From Sphingopyxis sp. (GTDB lineage: Bacteria; Pseudomonadota; Alphaproteobacteria; Sphingomonadales; Sphingomonadaceae): a stretch of 64,000 nucleotides of DNA. Of this stretch, positions 17,328-27,517 are shown one piece after another. The notes beneath the pieces are model-generated. The model was not told the origin of the DNA, made no database searches, and saw only the letters and a list, made by a program, of their open reading frames with translations. Numbering within the stretch: the stretch's first letter is position 1; every line of letters starts with the position of its first letter. The stretch spans positions 36,778 to 100,777 of the forward strand of contig NZ_DASZAU010000006.1 in the NCBI RefSeq assembly GCF_035944815.1, read 5' to 3'. The position numbers and the translations under genes are program-made.

Positions 17328-18719
17328 ATGTTCGGTCAGTTAGCCGATGCGGTTGGTGACATACTCGGCGCGCATGGGCCGGCGATCGAGTCCGCGGCGA
17401 GCTACACCCCGACCGACTACAGCATCCACTTCTTCCTGCAGATTGCGGTCATCCTGCTCGTCTGCCGCGTCGTCGGCTGGATGGCGCACCGTTTCATGGG
17501 CCAGCCGCAAGTGGTCGGCGAGATGATCGCCGGCGTGGTGCTCGGCCCCTCGCTCTTCGGCCTTTTCTTTCCCGAGTTTCAGGCGGCGCTGTTCCCCAAG
17601 GAAACCCGCAACATGCTCTATGTCGGCGCGCAGTTCGGCGTTGGCCTCTACATGTTCCTTGTCGGTACGACGCTGCGGCTCGACCATTTCCAGTCGAAGG
17701 CGAAGAGCGCGATCGGCGTTTCGGCCGCGGGCATTGTCGCACCCTTCCTGTTCGCCGCCGCGATCACGCCCTTCCTGCTCGATGTCCCGGGCCTTTTCAC
17801 CGAAGGGCTGGGACAGGGGAGCGCGACTTTGTTCATGGGCGCGTGCATCGCGCTGACCGCCTTTCCGATGCTCGCGCGGATCATCAACGAGCGCGGGCTC
17901 GCCAATACGTCGCTCGGTACGCTGACACTGACCGCCGGTGCATTCGACGACGCGGTGTCGTGGTGTGTGCTCGCGATCGTGCTTGCGACCTTCGGCGCCG
18001 GTGCCGGAATCGCGCTGCTCGCGATCGTTGGCGGGCTCGGTTTCGCGCTCTTCATGTTCTTCGCCGGACGCAAGCTGCTGATCCCGCTCGGCCGCGCGGT
18101 CGAGGCGAAGGGCGAACTCACGCACACGCTGCTTGCTATCGTGCTGATGCTCTATGCGATGGCGGCCTTCTTCATGGACGCGGTCGGCATCCACGCGGTG
18201 TTCGGCGGCTTCCTGCTCGGCGCCTGCATGCCGCGCGGTCTCTTGACCGAGGAGATCAAGAAGAAGGTCGAGCCGATGACGGTGGTCTTCCTGTTGCCGA
18301 TGTTCTTCACTTATTCGGGGCTCAACACGCAGCTAACGACGGTGAACAGCCTGTCGATCCTGGCGGTCGCGCTCGGCATCCTGCTTGTCTCGATCGCCGC
18401 GAAATTCGGCGCCTGCTGGCTCGCCGCGCGGCTGGCGGGCGAGGATAATCGCACCGCGATGGGGATCGGCGCGCTGATGAACGCACGCGGGCTGATGGAA
18501 CTGATCATCATCAACATCGGGCTGCAAAAGGGCATCATCGGCCCGACCTTGTTCGCGATCATGGTGCTGATGGCGATCGTCACCACGGTGATGGCGGGGC
18601 CGCTGTTCGAAATCGTCTATGGCCGCAAGGCGCGCGAGATGGGGGAACTCGGCCAACTCGGTACGGAGGGGCCCGACGAGGTGCGCGGCGACAGCCAGCT
18701 GGCGGTCAAGCCGGCCTGA
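17328..18719 (+). CDS. cation:proton antiporter (CPA2/Kef-type, membrane domain only)
   Basis: Trimmed to ATG 17328. Polytopic, with QPQVVGEMIAGVVLGPSLFG near the N-terminus, the usual Na+/H+ exchanger-family signature. Confidence 0.85.
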   Translation: MFGQLADAVGDILGAHGPAIESAASYTPTDYSIHFFLQIAVILLVCRVVGWMAHRFMGQPQVVGEMIAGVVLGPSLFGLFFPEFQAALFPKETRNMLYVGAQFGVGLYMFLVGTTLRLDHFQSKAKSAIGVSAAGIVAPFLFAAAITPFLLDVPGLFTEGLGQGSATLFMGACIALTAFPMLARIINERGLANTSLGTLTLTAGAFDDAVSWCVLAIVLATFGAGAGIALLAIVGGLGFALFMFFAGRKLLIPLGRAVEAKGELTHTLLAIVLMLYAMAAFFMDAVGIHAVFGGFLLGACMPRGLLTEEIKKKVEPMTVVFLLPMFFTYSGLNTQLTTVNSLSILAVALGILLVSIAAKFGACWLAARLAGEDNRTAMGIGALMNARGLMELIIINIGLQKGIIGPTLFAIMVLMAIVTTVMAGPLFEIVYGRKAREMGELGQLGTEGPDEVRGDSQLAVKPA

Positions 18720-18721
18720 GG

Positions 18722-20302
18722 TCAGGCGGCCGCGGCGCCGGCGTTGATCTGGTCGATCATCGCGCGGTGCGCGGGCAGCTCGTTCGCGGCGCGGTCGCCA
18801 AAGGTCCGGATCCGCGCAAAGATGCGCTCGGCCTCGGCCGTATCGGGAAAATCCGCGCGCACCGGCGACAGGTCGGTGCGATATTCCATGCCGTACAGGA
18901 TATATTGATAGTTGAAGAAGGCGAAGCTTTCGAGATCGAGGATGAAGTCGAAGCGGCCGGGCGGGCGGTAACGCCATTCCTCGAGCAATTCCTTCAGCCG
19001 GTCGGGGATCGATGCTGGGTCGCCATTGTCGCGCCAGAAGCCTTCTTTCCGCTGGCTGAGGCAATAATGGAGCTTCAGGAAGTTGATGATGTTTTCGTAT
19101 CGCGCCGCCATCAGTTCGTTGAAGCGCCGCGCGGGCGCGCCGACCGGGCCGTTCAGCGGGAGCATCTCGGCGATCATCGCCGCCGCGGTCTCGATCATCA
19201 CGAGCCCCGTCGATTCCAGCGGTTCGAGGAAGCCGCCCGACAAGCCGACCGCGACGCAATTCTTCACCCATGACGCGGGGCGATAGCCTGCCTCGAAGGG
19301 AATCGAGCGGACGGTGACGTCATGGCTGCGGCCGCCGGTATATTGTGCGAGAATTTCGGCGGCGCGCTCGTCGCTCAGATGGTCGCTCGAATAGACGCAG
19401 CCGATGCCGCGTGCGCCCGCAAGGCCGATGTCCCAGGTCCACCCCGCCTCGTGCGCCGCGGCGATCGTATAGCTTTCGATCGGCACGTCGGGTCGCTCGT
19501 ACGGCAGCTTGCACGCGAGCGCGCGGTCGGTGAACAGTTGGTGCTTCACGCGCTTGAACGGCGATTGCAGCGCGCCGCCGATCAACTCGGCGCGGAAGCC
19601 CGAGCAATCGATATAAAGGTCGGCGGCCAGCGTCCCATGCTCGGCGGTAACGATATGATCGATCGCGCCGTTCGCCGCGTCGAGGCCGACGCCGGTCAGC
19701 GTGCCGCGCAGATGCACGACGCCGAGCGCAAGCGCCTGCGCCGACAGTATCTCGGCCAGCTGCGCGGCGTCGAAATGATAGGCGTAGGTGAGGGGGCCAC
19801 TGAACGCGCCTTCGCCCGGCCGCTTCGGCGCGCGCTGCGCTTCGGCGACGCGGTTCTGGATCGTCATCGCCTCGGCGAACGGCCGCCGCGTCCTTTCGTC
19901 CTGGAGCAGCCAATAGGCGACAAGGCTATGCCCGTCGCCGTGGAAGGGCGGCTCGAACGGATGGAGAAAATGGCTCGACCGGCCGGCTTCGGGCGTGCGA
20001 ACCCAGTCGTCGAAGCGGATGCCCTGCTTGAAGGTCGCCGATGTGGAACGAACGAATTCGCTCTCGTCGATCCCGATGAATTGCAACGTCTCGCGGATCG
20101 TCGGAAAGGCGCCTTCGCCGACCCCGATGCTGCCGATTTCGTCCGATGCAAGCAATGTGATCGACAGGCGCGGATTGCGCGGCAGGTCGAAAAAGCGCGC
20201 GAGATAGGCGGCGGTCAGCCATCCCGCGGTTCCCCCGCCGACGATCAGGATCGAGCGTTTTGCCACGCGCAACGCTATCGAGCCGCAAAGCGCTTTCAAC
20301 AA
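18722..20302 (-). CDS. flavin-dependent halogenase family protein (tryptophan halogenase-like)
   Basis: FAD motif ILIVGGGTAGW, GVGEGAFPTI, the conserved Lys context ATFKQGIRF, the variant WxWxI motif GWTWDIGL, and FLEPLESTG. Alternative GTG start at 20266. Confidence 0.85.
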   Translation of the reverse strand: MLKALCGSIALRVAKRSILIVGGGTAGWLTAAYLARFFDLPRNPRLSITLLASDEIGSIGVGEGAFPTIRETLQFIGIDESEFVRSTSATFKQGIRFDDWVRTPEAGRSSHFLHPFEPPFHGDGHSLVAYWLLQDERTRRPFAEAMTIQNRVAEAQRAPKRPGEGAFSGPLTYAYHFDAAQLAEILSAQALALGVVHLRGTLTGVGLDAANGAIDHIVTAEHGTLAADLYIDCSGFRAELIGGALQSPFKRVKHQLFTDRALACKLPYERPDVPIESYTIAAAHEAGWTWDIGLAGARGIGCVYSSDHLSDERAAEILAQYTGGRSHDVTVRSIPFEAGYRPASWVKNCVAVGLSGGFLEPLESTGLVMIETAAAMIAEMLPLNGPVGAPARRFNELMAARYENIINFLKLHYCLSQRKEGFWRDNGDPASIPDRLKELLEEWRYRPPGRFDFILDLESFAFFNYQYILYGMEYRTDLSPVRADFPDTAEAERIFARIRTFGDRAANELPAHRAMIDQINAGAAAA

Positions 20303-20334
20303 GCGGTAATTTGCGGCACCGGGGAACCGACAAG

Positions 20335-21051
20335 ATGAAGACTCTCCGCCCCTATCTGACCTGGTTTGCCGTCGCGGTGCTGCTGGCGCTCGGCGCGATC
20401 CTTGGCTTGCAGTGGGTGCGCGCGCATCCCGAACATATTCCCGGCGCGCGCTTCGAACTGGCGCATCCGACGGGGTGGGCGACGCACGGCAAGCTGATGG
20501 AACTGGCTAGCGACGACAGCGCCTGTTTCGCGGCCTTCGATCGCGCGGAAGCGGGCTATCTGCGGCGGCCGGCGATCGGCAGCGGTTCGTGCCGCGCGAG
20601 CCAGCGCATGATCCTGACCAGCAACCGGTTCGCGCCGACGATGCGTCCCGCGGGCGCCGCGCCCGGGTGCGCGGTGACGGCGGGCCTGATTCTGTGGGAC
20701 CGCGACGTCGTCCAGCCGCTCGCGCAGGAATATTTCGGGCAAAAGGTCGTCGAGATCGAAAATCTCGGCGCCTATAATTGTCGCAAGATCGCCGGGCAGC
20801 AGGGGCAGAGCCAGCATTCGACCGCCAATGCGATCGACATTTCGGCGTTCGTGCTTGCCGACGGCACGCGCATCACGCTGGTCAACGACTGGACGCCGGG
20901 CGACCGGCGCAGCGAGTTCCTGCACGCGGTCCGCGACGAAACATGCGGGCTGTTCAGCACCGTGCTGTCGCCCGACCATAATGCCGCGCACGCCAATCAT
21001 TTCCATTTCGATATGGCGGCCCGAACGGCGGGCTGGACGGTCTGTCGCTAG
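20335..21051 (+). CDS. extensin-like C-terminal domain family protein (membrane-anchored)
   Basis: Trimmed to ATG 20335. It has an N-terminal TM helix, and the C-terminus HSTANAIDISAFVLADG...HNAAHANHFHFDM matches the bacterial extensin-like family. Confidence 0.75.
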   Translation: MKTLRPYLTWFAVAVLLALGAILGLQWVRAHPEHIPGARFELAHPTGWATHGKLMELASDDSACFAAFDRAEAGYLRRPAIGSGSCRASQRMILTSNRFAPTMRPAGAAPGCAVTAGLILWDRDVVQPLAQEYFGQKVVEIENLGAYNCRKIAGQQGQSQHSTANAIDISAFVLADGTRITLVNDWTPGDRRSEFLHAVRDETCGLFSTVLSPDHNAAHANHFHFDMAARTAGWTVCR

Positions 21052-21404
21052 ACGGTAAAGCTCTCGCCGCAGCCGCACGCGCCCTTGGCATTCGGATTTT
21101 CGAACACGAAGCCCGCGGCGAAATCATCCTCGACCCAGTCCATCGTGCTGCCGATCAGATAGAGCACCGACGCGCCGTCGATGTAGAAGATGCCGCCGGG
21201 GGTCTCGATCTTCTCGTCGAACTTCTGCTCTTCGGTGACATAGTCGACCGAGTAAGCGAGGCCCGAGCAGCCGCGGCGCGGGGTCGACAGGCGCACGCCG
21301 ATCGCGCCCTCGGGCGCCGACATCATCAGCTTCGCGATGCGCTCCTCGGCGTTCGGCGTCAGTGCGACGGCCGCGGGGCGGGCGCGGGTTTTCGTTTCGG
21401 TCAT
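21048..21404 (-). CDS. sufA: A-type Fe-S cluster carrier (SufA/IscA family)
   Basis: GCSGLAYSVDY ... the C-terminal CGCGESF motif. Trimmed to ATG 21404, overlapping the sufT stop by 1 nt. Confidence 0.9.
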   Translation of the reverse strand: MTETKTRARPAAVALTPNAEERIAKLMMSAPEGAIGVRLSTPRRGCSGLAYSVDYVTEEQKFDEKIETPGGIFYIDGASVLYLIGSTMDWVEDDFAAGFVFENPNAKGACGCGESFTV

Positions 21405-21874
21405 CACAGCATTCCCAGTTCGAGGCGCGCTTCGTCGCTCATATTCTGCGGCGACCACGGCGGATCCCAGACGAGATTGACCTCGGCATCGCCGACGCCG
21501 GGGACCGCGCCGACGCGCAGTTCGACCTCGGCGGGCATCGATTCGGCGACCGGGCAGTGCGGCGTGGTCAGCGTCATCGTGACCATGACATGGCCTTCGT
21601 CGATCTCGACATTGTAGATGAGGCCGAGGTCGTAGATGTTCACGGGGATTTCGGGGTCGAAAATCTCCTTGAGCGCGTCGATCACGGCTTCGTAGAGGTC
21701 ACCGCCGACCGCGCCGGGCGCAACCTCGGCAGGCTTGGCCGCGAGGAAGCCTTCGAGATAGTCGCGCTTGCGCTCGAGCTTTTCGGGCGCGCTTTCCACG
21801 TCCTCGACGCGCGCCTTGGGCGGCGCTTCGACGCTCGTGACTTCTTCCACCTTGATCATGCGATCCTCGCTCAT
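21404..21874 (-). CDS. sufT: SUF-system Fe-S assembly protein, DUF59/MIP18 family (SufT-like)
   Basis: DPEIPVNIYDLGLIY ... TLTTPHCPVAESM is the DUF59 signature. Position between sufS and sufA. Confidence 0.85.
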   Translation of the reverse strand: MSEDRMIKVEEVTSVEAPPKARVEDVESAPEKLERKRDYLEGFLAAKPAEVAPGAVGGDLYEAVIDALKEIFDPEIPVNIYDLGLIYNVEIDEGHVMVTMTLTTPHCPVAESMPAEVELRVGAVPGVGDAEVNLVWDPPWSPQNMSDEARLELGML

Positions 21875-23052
21875 CCGAAAATCCTCTCGACACGGGCGAG
21901 GCCGTCGATCAGCGCCGCCACATCGTCGTCATTGTTGTACACACCGAAGCTCGCGCGCGCGGTCGCGGGTACGCCCAGATGCTCCATCAGCGGCTGTGCG
22001 CAATGGTGCCCGGCGCGGATCGCGACCCCGCTTTCGTCCAAGATAGTGCCGATGTCGTGCGGATGAACCCCCGCCATCGAAAAGCTTACGATTCCGGCAC
22101 TGTTTTCAGGGCCATAGAGCGTGATGCTGTTCTTGCGGGCAAGGGCGTCGCGTAAGGTGCTGACCAGTGCGACCTCGTGCGCGTGGATCGCGTCGATGCC
22201 GATGTGGTCGACATAATCGACTGCCGCGGCGAGCCCGATCGCCTCGATGATCGCGGGCGTGCCCGCCTCGAAGCGGGTGGGGGCGGGGGCGTAGGTCGTG
22301 CGCTCGAAGGTCACGCGGTCGATCATCGATCCGCCGCCCTGCCACGGGGGCAGCAGATCGAGCTTGTCGCTCCACAGCACGCCGATCCCGGTGGGGCCAT
22401 AGAGTTTGTGGCCCGAGAAGGCGTAATAGTCGCAGCCGAGTGCCGCGACATCGACGGGCAGGCGCGGCACCGCCTGACAGCCGTCGATCAGCAGTTCGGC
22501 GCCGACGCGGTGCGCGATCTCGGCGGCGCGCGCGACGTCGAGCGGGCTGCCGAGCACGTTCGAGACGTGGGCGAAGGCGACCATCCTGTGTTCGGGGGTG
22601 AGCAGCTTTTCGGCGGCGTCGAGATCGATGCAGCCGTCGGCGGTCAGCGGGCAGACATCGACCTGCCAGCCTGCAAGCTGCCAGGGCACGATATTGCTGT
22701 GATGTTCGAGCATCGACAGCAGCACGCGGCCTTTCTTCGGATGCGAGTAGGCGACAAGGTTGATCGCCTCGGTCGCGCCGCGCACGAAGGTCACGTCATT
22801 CTCACGCGCGCCGATGAAGGCCGCGATCCGCCGCCGCGCGGCCTCATAGGCGAGCGTCATGTCGGCCGAGCGCGCATAGACGCCGCGGTGCACGGTCGCA
22901 TAATCGCGGCCCATCGCGTTCACCGTCGCATCGATCACCGCCTGCGGCTTCTGCGCCGTCGCGGCGGTGTCGAGATAGTGCCAGCCGGGGGTGAGACCGG
23001 GGAAATCGGCGCGTACGTCGGGGAAAGTGCGGAGGGCGGTCGCGGTGCTCAC
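21871..23052 (-). CDS. sufS: cysteine desulfurase, SufS type
   Basis: HHSNIVPWQ, the PLP-Lys region FSGHKLYGPTGIGVL and RAGHHCAQP (catalytic Cys loop). Confidence 0.93.
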   Translation of the reverse strand: MSTATALRTFPDVRADFPGLTPGWHYLDTAATAQKPQAVIDATVNAMGRDYATVHRGVYARSADMTLAYEAARRRIAAFIGARENDVTFVRGATEAINLVAYSHPKKGRVLLSMLEHHSNIVPWQLAGWQVDVCPLTADGCIDLDAAEKLLTPEHRMVAFAHVSNVLGSPLDVARAAEIAHRVGAELLIDGCQAVPRLPVDVAALGCDYYAFSGHKLYGPTGIGVLWSDKLDLLPPWQGGGSMIDRVTFERTTYAPAPTRFEAGTPAIIEAIGLAAAVDYVDHIGIDAIHAHEVALVSTLRDALARKNSITLYGPENSAGIVSFSMAGVHPHDIGTILDESGVAIRAGHHCAQPLMEHLGVPATARASFGVYNNDDDVAALIDGLARVERIFG

Positions 23053-23780
23053 ACCAGCTCTCCGAGCTTCGCGAGCGCGAGTGCTTGGAGCTTTTCCTCA
23101 TCCTCGGCGCCGTCGAAGACGCCCGCGACGAAGGCCTGCAGCAGGATCTTCTTCGCCTCGGCGGGCGGCAGCCCGCGCGACTGGAGGTAATAGAGGCTCA
23201 TCGCGTCGAGCTCGCCGATCGCGCAGCCGTGTGCGCATTTGACGTCGTCGGCGAAGATTTCGAGCTCGGGCTTGGCGTTGGCGGTCGCGCTGCGGTCGAG
23301 CAGCATCGCCTTCACATCCTGCTCGCTGTCGGTCTGCTGCGCATCGCGCGCGACGGCAACCTTGCCGAGATAGGTGCCCGTGGCCGTGCCGCCGAGGACC
23401 GAACGCACCATCTGCCGCGACGTCGCGCCGGGTTCGGCGTGGGTGACCGTGGTGACGATCTCGAGATTTTGTTCGCCGCCGCCGATCTGCGCCGCGCCGA
23501 GGGTGAAGTCGGCGCCTTCGTGGAGCGTCACGGCGAGTTCGATGCGGCCATAGGCGCCGCCGATGTTGAGGACGTGCAGCGATGCGGTCGCGCCCTTGCC
23601 GATGCTCATCTCGATCTGATGGATGGCGCCTGCATCCTGCACGATCGCGCGCTTGAAGTCGCCGCCCGCGGGTACGACGATGCTCTCGGGCGCGGGCAAC
23701 GGCCACGCCGCGGTCACCGCGTCGATGTCGCTATAGCGCCACGCTTCGTCGCGCCGGGTAGGGAGGGTGGCGGTATTCAC
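23049..23780 (-). CDS. sufD: Fe-S cluster assembly protein SufD
   Basis: Short alphaproteobacterial SufD. The C-terminal region is PELEIFADDVKCAHGCAIGELD..LYYLQSRGL. Confidence 0.88.
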   Translation of the reverse strand: MNTATLPTRRDEAWRYSDIDAVTAAWPLPAPESIVVPAGGDFKRAIVQDAGAIHQIEMSIGKGATASLHVLNIGGAYGRIELAVTLHEGADFTLGAAQIGGGEQNLEIVTTVTHAEPGATSRQMVRSVLGGTATGTYLGKVAVARDAQQTDSEQDVKAMLLDRSATANAKPELEIFADDVKCAHGCAIGELDAMSLYYLQSRGLPPAEAKKILLQAFVAGVFDGAEDEEKLQALALAKLGELV

Positions 23781-23798
23781 GCCGCAGCCTCCCCCATT

Positions 23799-23864
23799 TC
23801 GTCACCCCGGACTTGATCCGGGGTCCATGCGGTCATGGATGCCGGATCAAGTCCGGCATGACGA
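23799..23864. repeat. imperfect palindromic REP/MITE-like element in the sufC-sufD spacer
   Basis: tcgtcaccccggacttgatccgg(ggtccatgcggtcatggatg)ccggatcaagtccggcatgacga. The 23-nt arms have 2 mismatches and there is an inner tccatg/catgga pairing. It fills most of a 109-bp gap inside the operon. Confidence 0.8.
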
Positions 23865-23889
23865 GGAAAGGGAAGGCGTGTGGGAATGC

Positions 23890-24616
<727 letters not shown>

Positions 24617-24633
<17 letters not shown>

Positions 24634-24942
24634 GATGCCCTCCGTCAAGAAATGATGTGTGAAGCGTTCTGAATCCCTGTTCCTTTTTTTCCTTCGTAAG
24701 GTCCAAGTGATGCATTCCCGCAAACGACGTTTTGTTGTTTTCGACCGACGCGTGAAGCTCCGTCATCAGCGCGCGTTCCTCGGCAAATTGAGGGTCAATC
24801 TCATAGAGATAGTCTCTGAGGCCGCTGAAATTTTCTAGGACAAGATCGAGCTTCTCGTGGACCCGCTTTAGTCGCTCATTGAGATACCATCCGGTCGCGA
24901 ACCAGAGCGTGACCGCAATCCCAATGGCTCCCCAGAACGTAA

Positions 24943-24946
<4 letters not shown>
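24617..24946 (-). CDS. small membrane-anchored hypothetical protein inserted between sufB and sufC
   Basis: 109 codons. The ATG overlaps the sufB stop (ATGA) and the last 5 codons overlap the inferred sufC start. It has an N-terminal TM helix ([21 protein letters not shown]), and the DNA is visibly AT-richer than the flanking suf genes. Confidence 0.55.
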
Positions 24947-26426
<1,480 letters not shown>

Positions 26427-26430
<4 letters not shown>

Positions 26431-26888
26431 AATCTGATCTCGTCGCCGGCGAGCGCCGGGGCAGGCCGGGTGAAGGAAGGTTTGGGGGCGGCCGCAAGGC
26501 TCGCGAGGCTGATGTCCGCGAGCGCGCCGCGCACTGCGCCGTTCACGACGCCCCAGTGCGGCTGCACCTTGCAGCTGCCTTCGAGCGAGCAATCATGGCG
26601 CCCTTCCGACACGCAGGCGGTGAGGGCGATCGGGCCTTCGACCGCTTCGATGATGTCGGCGACGTTGATCGCTGCCGCGGGGCGCGCGAGCCGCACACCG
26701 CCGCCGCTGCCGCGCGAGGCGACGAGCAGGCCGGCGCGCGCGAGGCTGCTCACCAGCTTCTGCGCGGTGGGGCCGGGGATGCCGGTCTGTTCGGCGAGCA
26801 TGCCGGCGTGAATCGGCACCGACCCGCACTGGCGGGCGGCGGCGCTCATCAGCACCACGGCATAGTCGGCAAGGTTGGACAGGCGCAT
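26427..26888 (-). CDS. Rrf2-family transcriptional regulator (IscR/suf-regulator type)
   Basis: [19 protein letters not shown] is the Rrf2 wHTH. There is a Cys cluster C-x7-C-x5-C-x4-H ([20 protein letters not shown]). ATGA overlap with sufB. Confidence 0.88.
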
Positions 26889-26900
26889 ATAATTTTCCGT

Positions 26901-26940
26901 CGCAATTGCGAACGATTCTTAACTGGAGTAAATCACTCCA
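26901..26940 (-). promoter_or_regulatory. candidate operator(s) in the suf promoter region
   Basis: A perfect 10-bp palindrome cgcaattgcg (26901-26910) and the inverted repeat tggagt-aaatc-actcca (26924-26940) lie 13-52 nt upstream of the rrf2 start, in an AT-richer stretch. Confidence 0.45.
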
Positions 26941-27050
26941 CTTACATAGGCGCGCGATCGCTGCGGCGCAAGCAAGCCGTGGTTGGGCGGGGTAAAGAAG
27001 AGGGTGGGGTGACGGGTTGCGGCCGGAAGCGGCCGTCAGGCAATTATAAG

Positions 27051-27123
27051 TTTCGCGCAGAGGCGCAGAGAACGCAGAGAGTATCGCGCTGGCTCTCTGC
27101 GTTCTCTGGGCCTCTGCGCGAAA
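27051..27123. repeat. long palindromic REP-like element
   Basis: tttcgcgcagaggcgcagagaacgcagagag - 11 nt - ctctctgcgttctctgggcctctgcgcgaaa. The 31-nt arms have 1 mismatch. Confidence 0.85.
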
Positions 27124-27165
27124 TCTTAGAACTGCGGCATCCGACCGGTTGCGGACGCTCATTCT

Positions 27166-27281
27166 CCCCTCCCGCTTGCGGGAGGGGTCGGGGGTGGGCA
27201 GCAACACCGCGATCAGCCCACCCCGCTGCGGCTAGCGAGCAAGCTCGCAAGCCTCGCTGCCCCTCCCGCAAGCGGGAGGGG
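27166..27281. repeat. nested palindromic REP-like element
   Basis: cccctcccgcttgcgggagggg (27166-27187) and its exact reverse complement cccctcccgcaagcgggagggg (27260-27281) bracket the inner pairs gggggtgggc/gcccacccc and gcgagc..gctcgc. Confidence 0.85.
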
Positions 27282-27340
27282 AAATCAGTTCACAATCTTA
27301 ACGTCCGCTCCTCACCCCAAAGCGGCTGCCCGATACGCGC

Positions 27341-27379
27341 AAAAAAAGGCACCCATCCGGCCGGAGCCAAATGAGTGCC
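27341..27379 (-). terminator. rho-independent terminator (minus strand)
   Basis: The minus strand reads ggcactcatttggctccggccggatgggtgcc followed by ttttttt. The stem is about 10 bp including G-U pairs, and the U7 tail is clean. Confidence 0.8.
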
Positions 27380-27517
27380 AAGATGAAGGTCTCAAGTCCT
27401 CGTCAGAGGATGAGCTCTTCTGGGTCGCAGGGACGGATTATGCCCCCGCGACGATTCGCGATTGGACGAAAACGCCAAAACGACGCGGCGGCCGATTTTT
27501 GATGGTTAACCGGCGTC

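Noticed and set aside
26556-27374. ORFs running through the 26.9-27.4 kb spacer (26556..27374 +, 26593..27207 -, 27044..27271 -)
   Set aside because: They are generated by the palindromic repeat elements, which read open on both strands. They also overlap the rrf2 gene and have no independent coding signal.
27399-27406. CUGACGAG on the minus strand, resembling the hammerhead ribozyme CUGANGA core
   Set aside because: There is no matching GAAA element, no stem II/III geometry and no cleavage-site context. The motif simply forms the loop and right arm of an ordinary hairpin.
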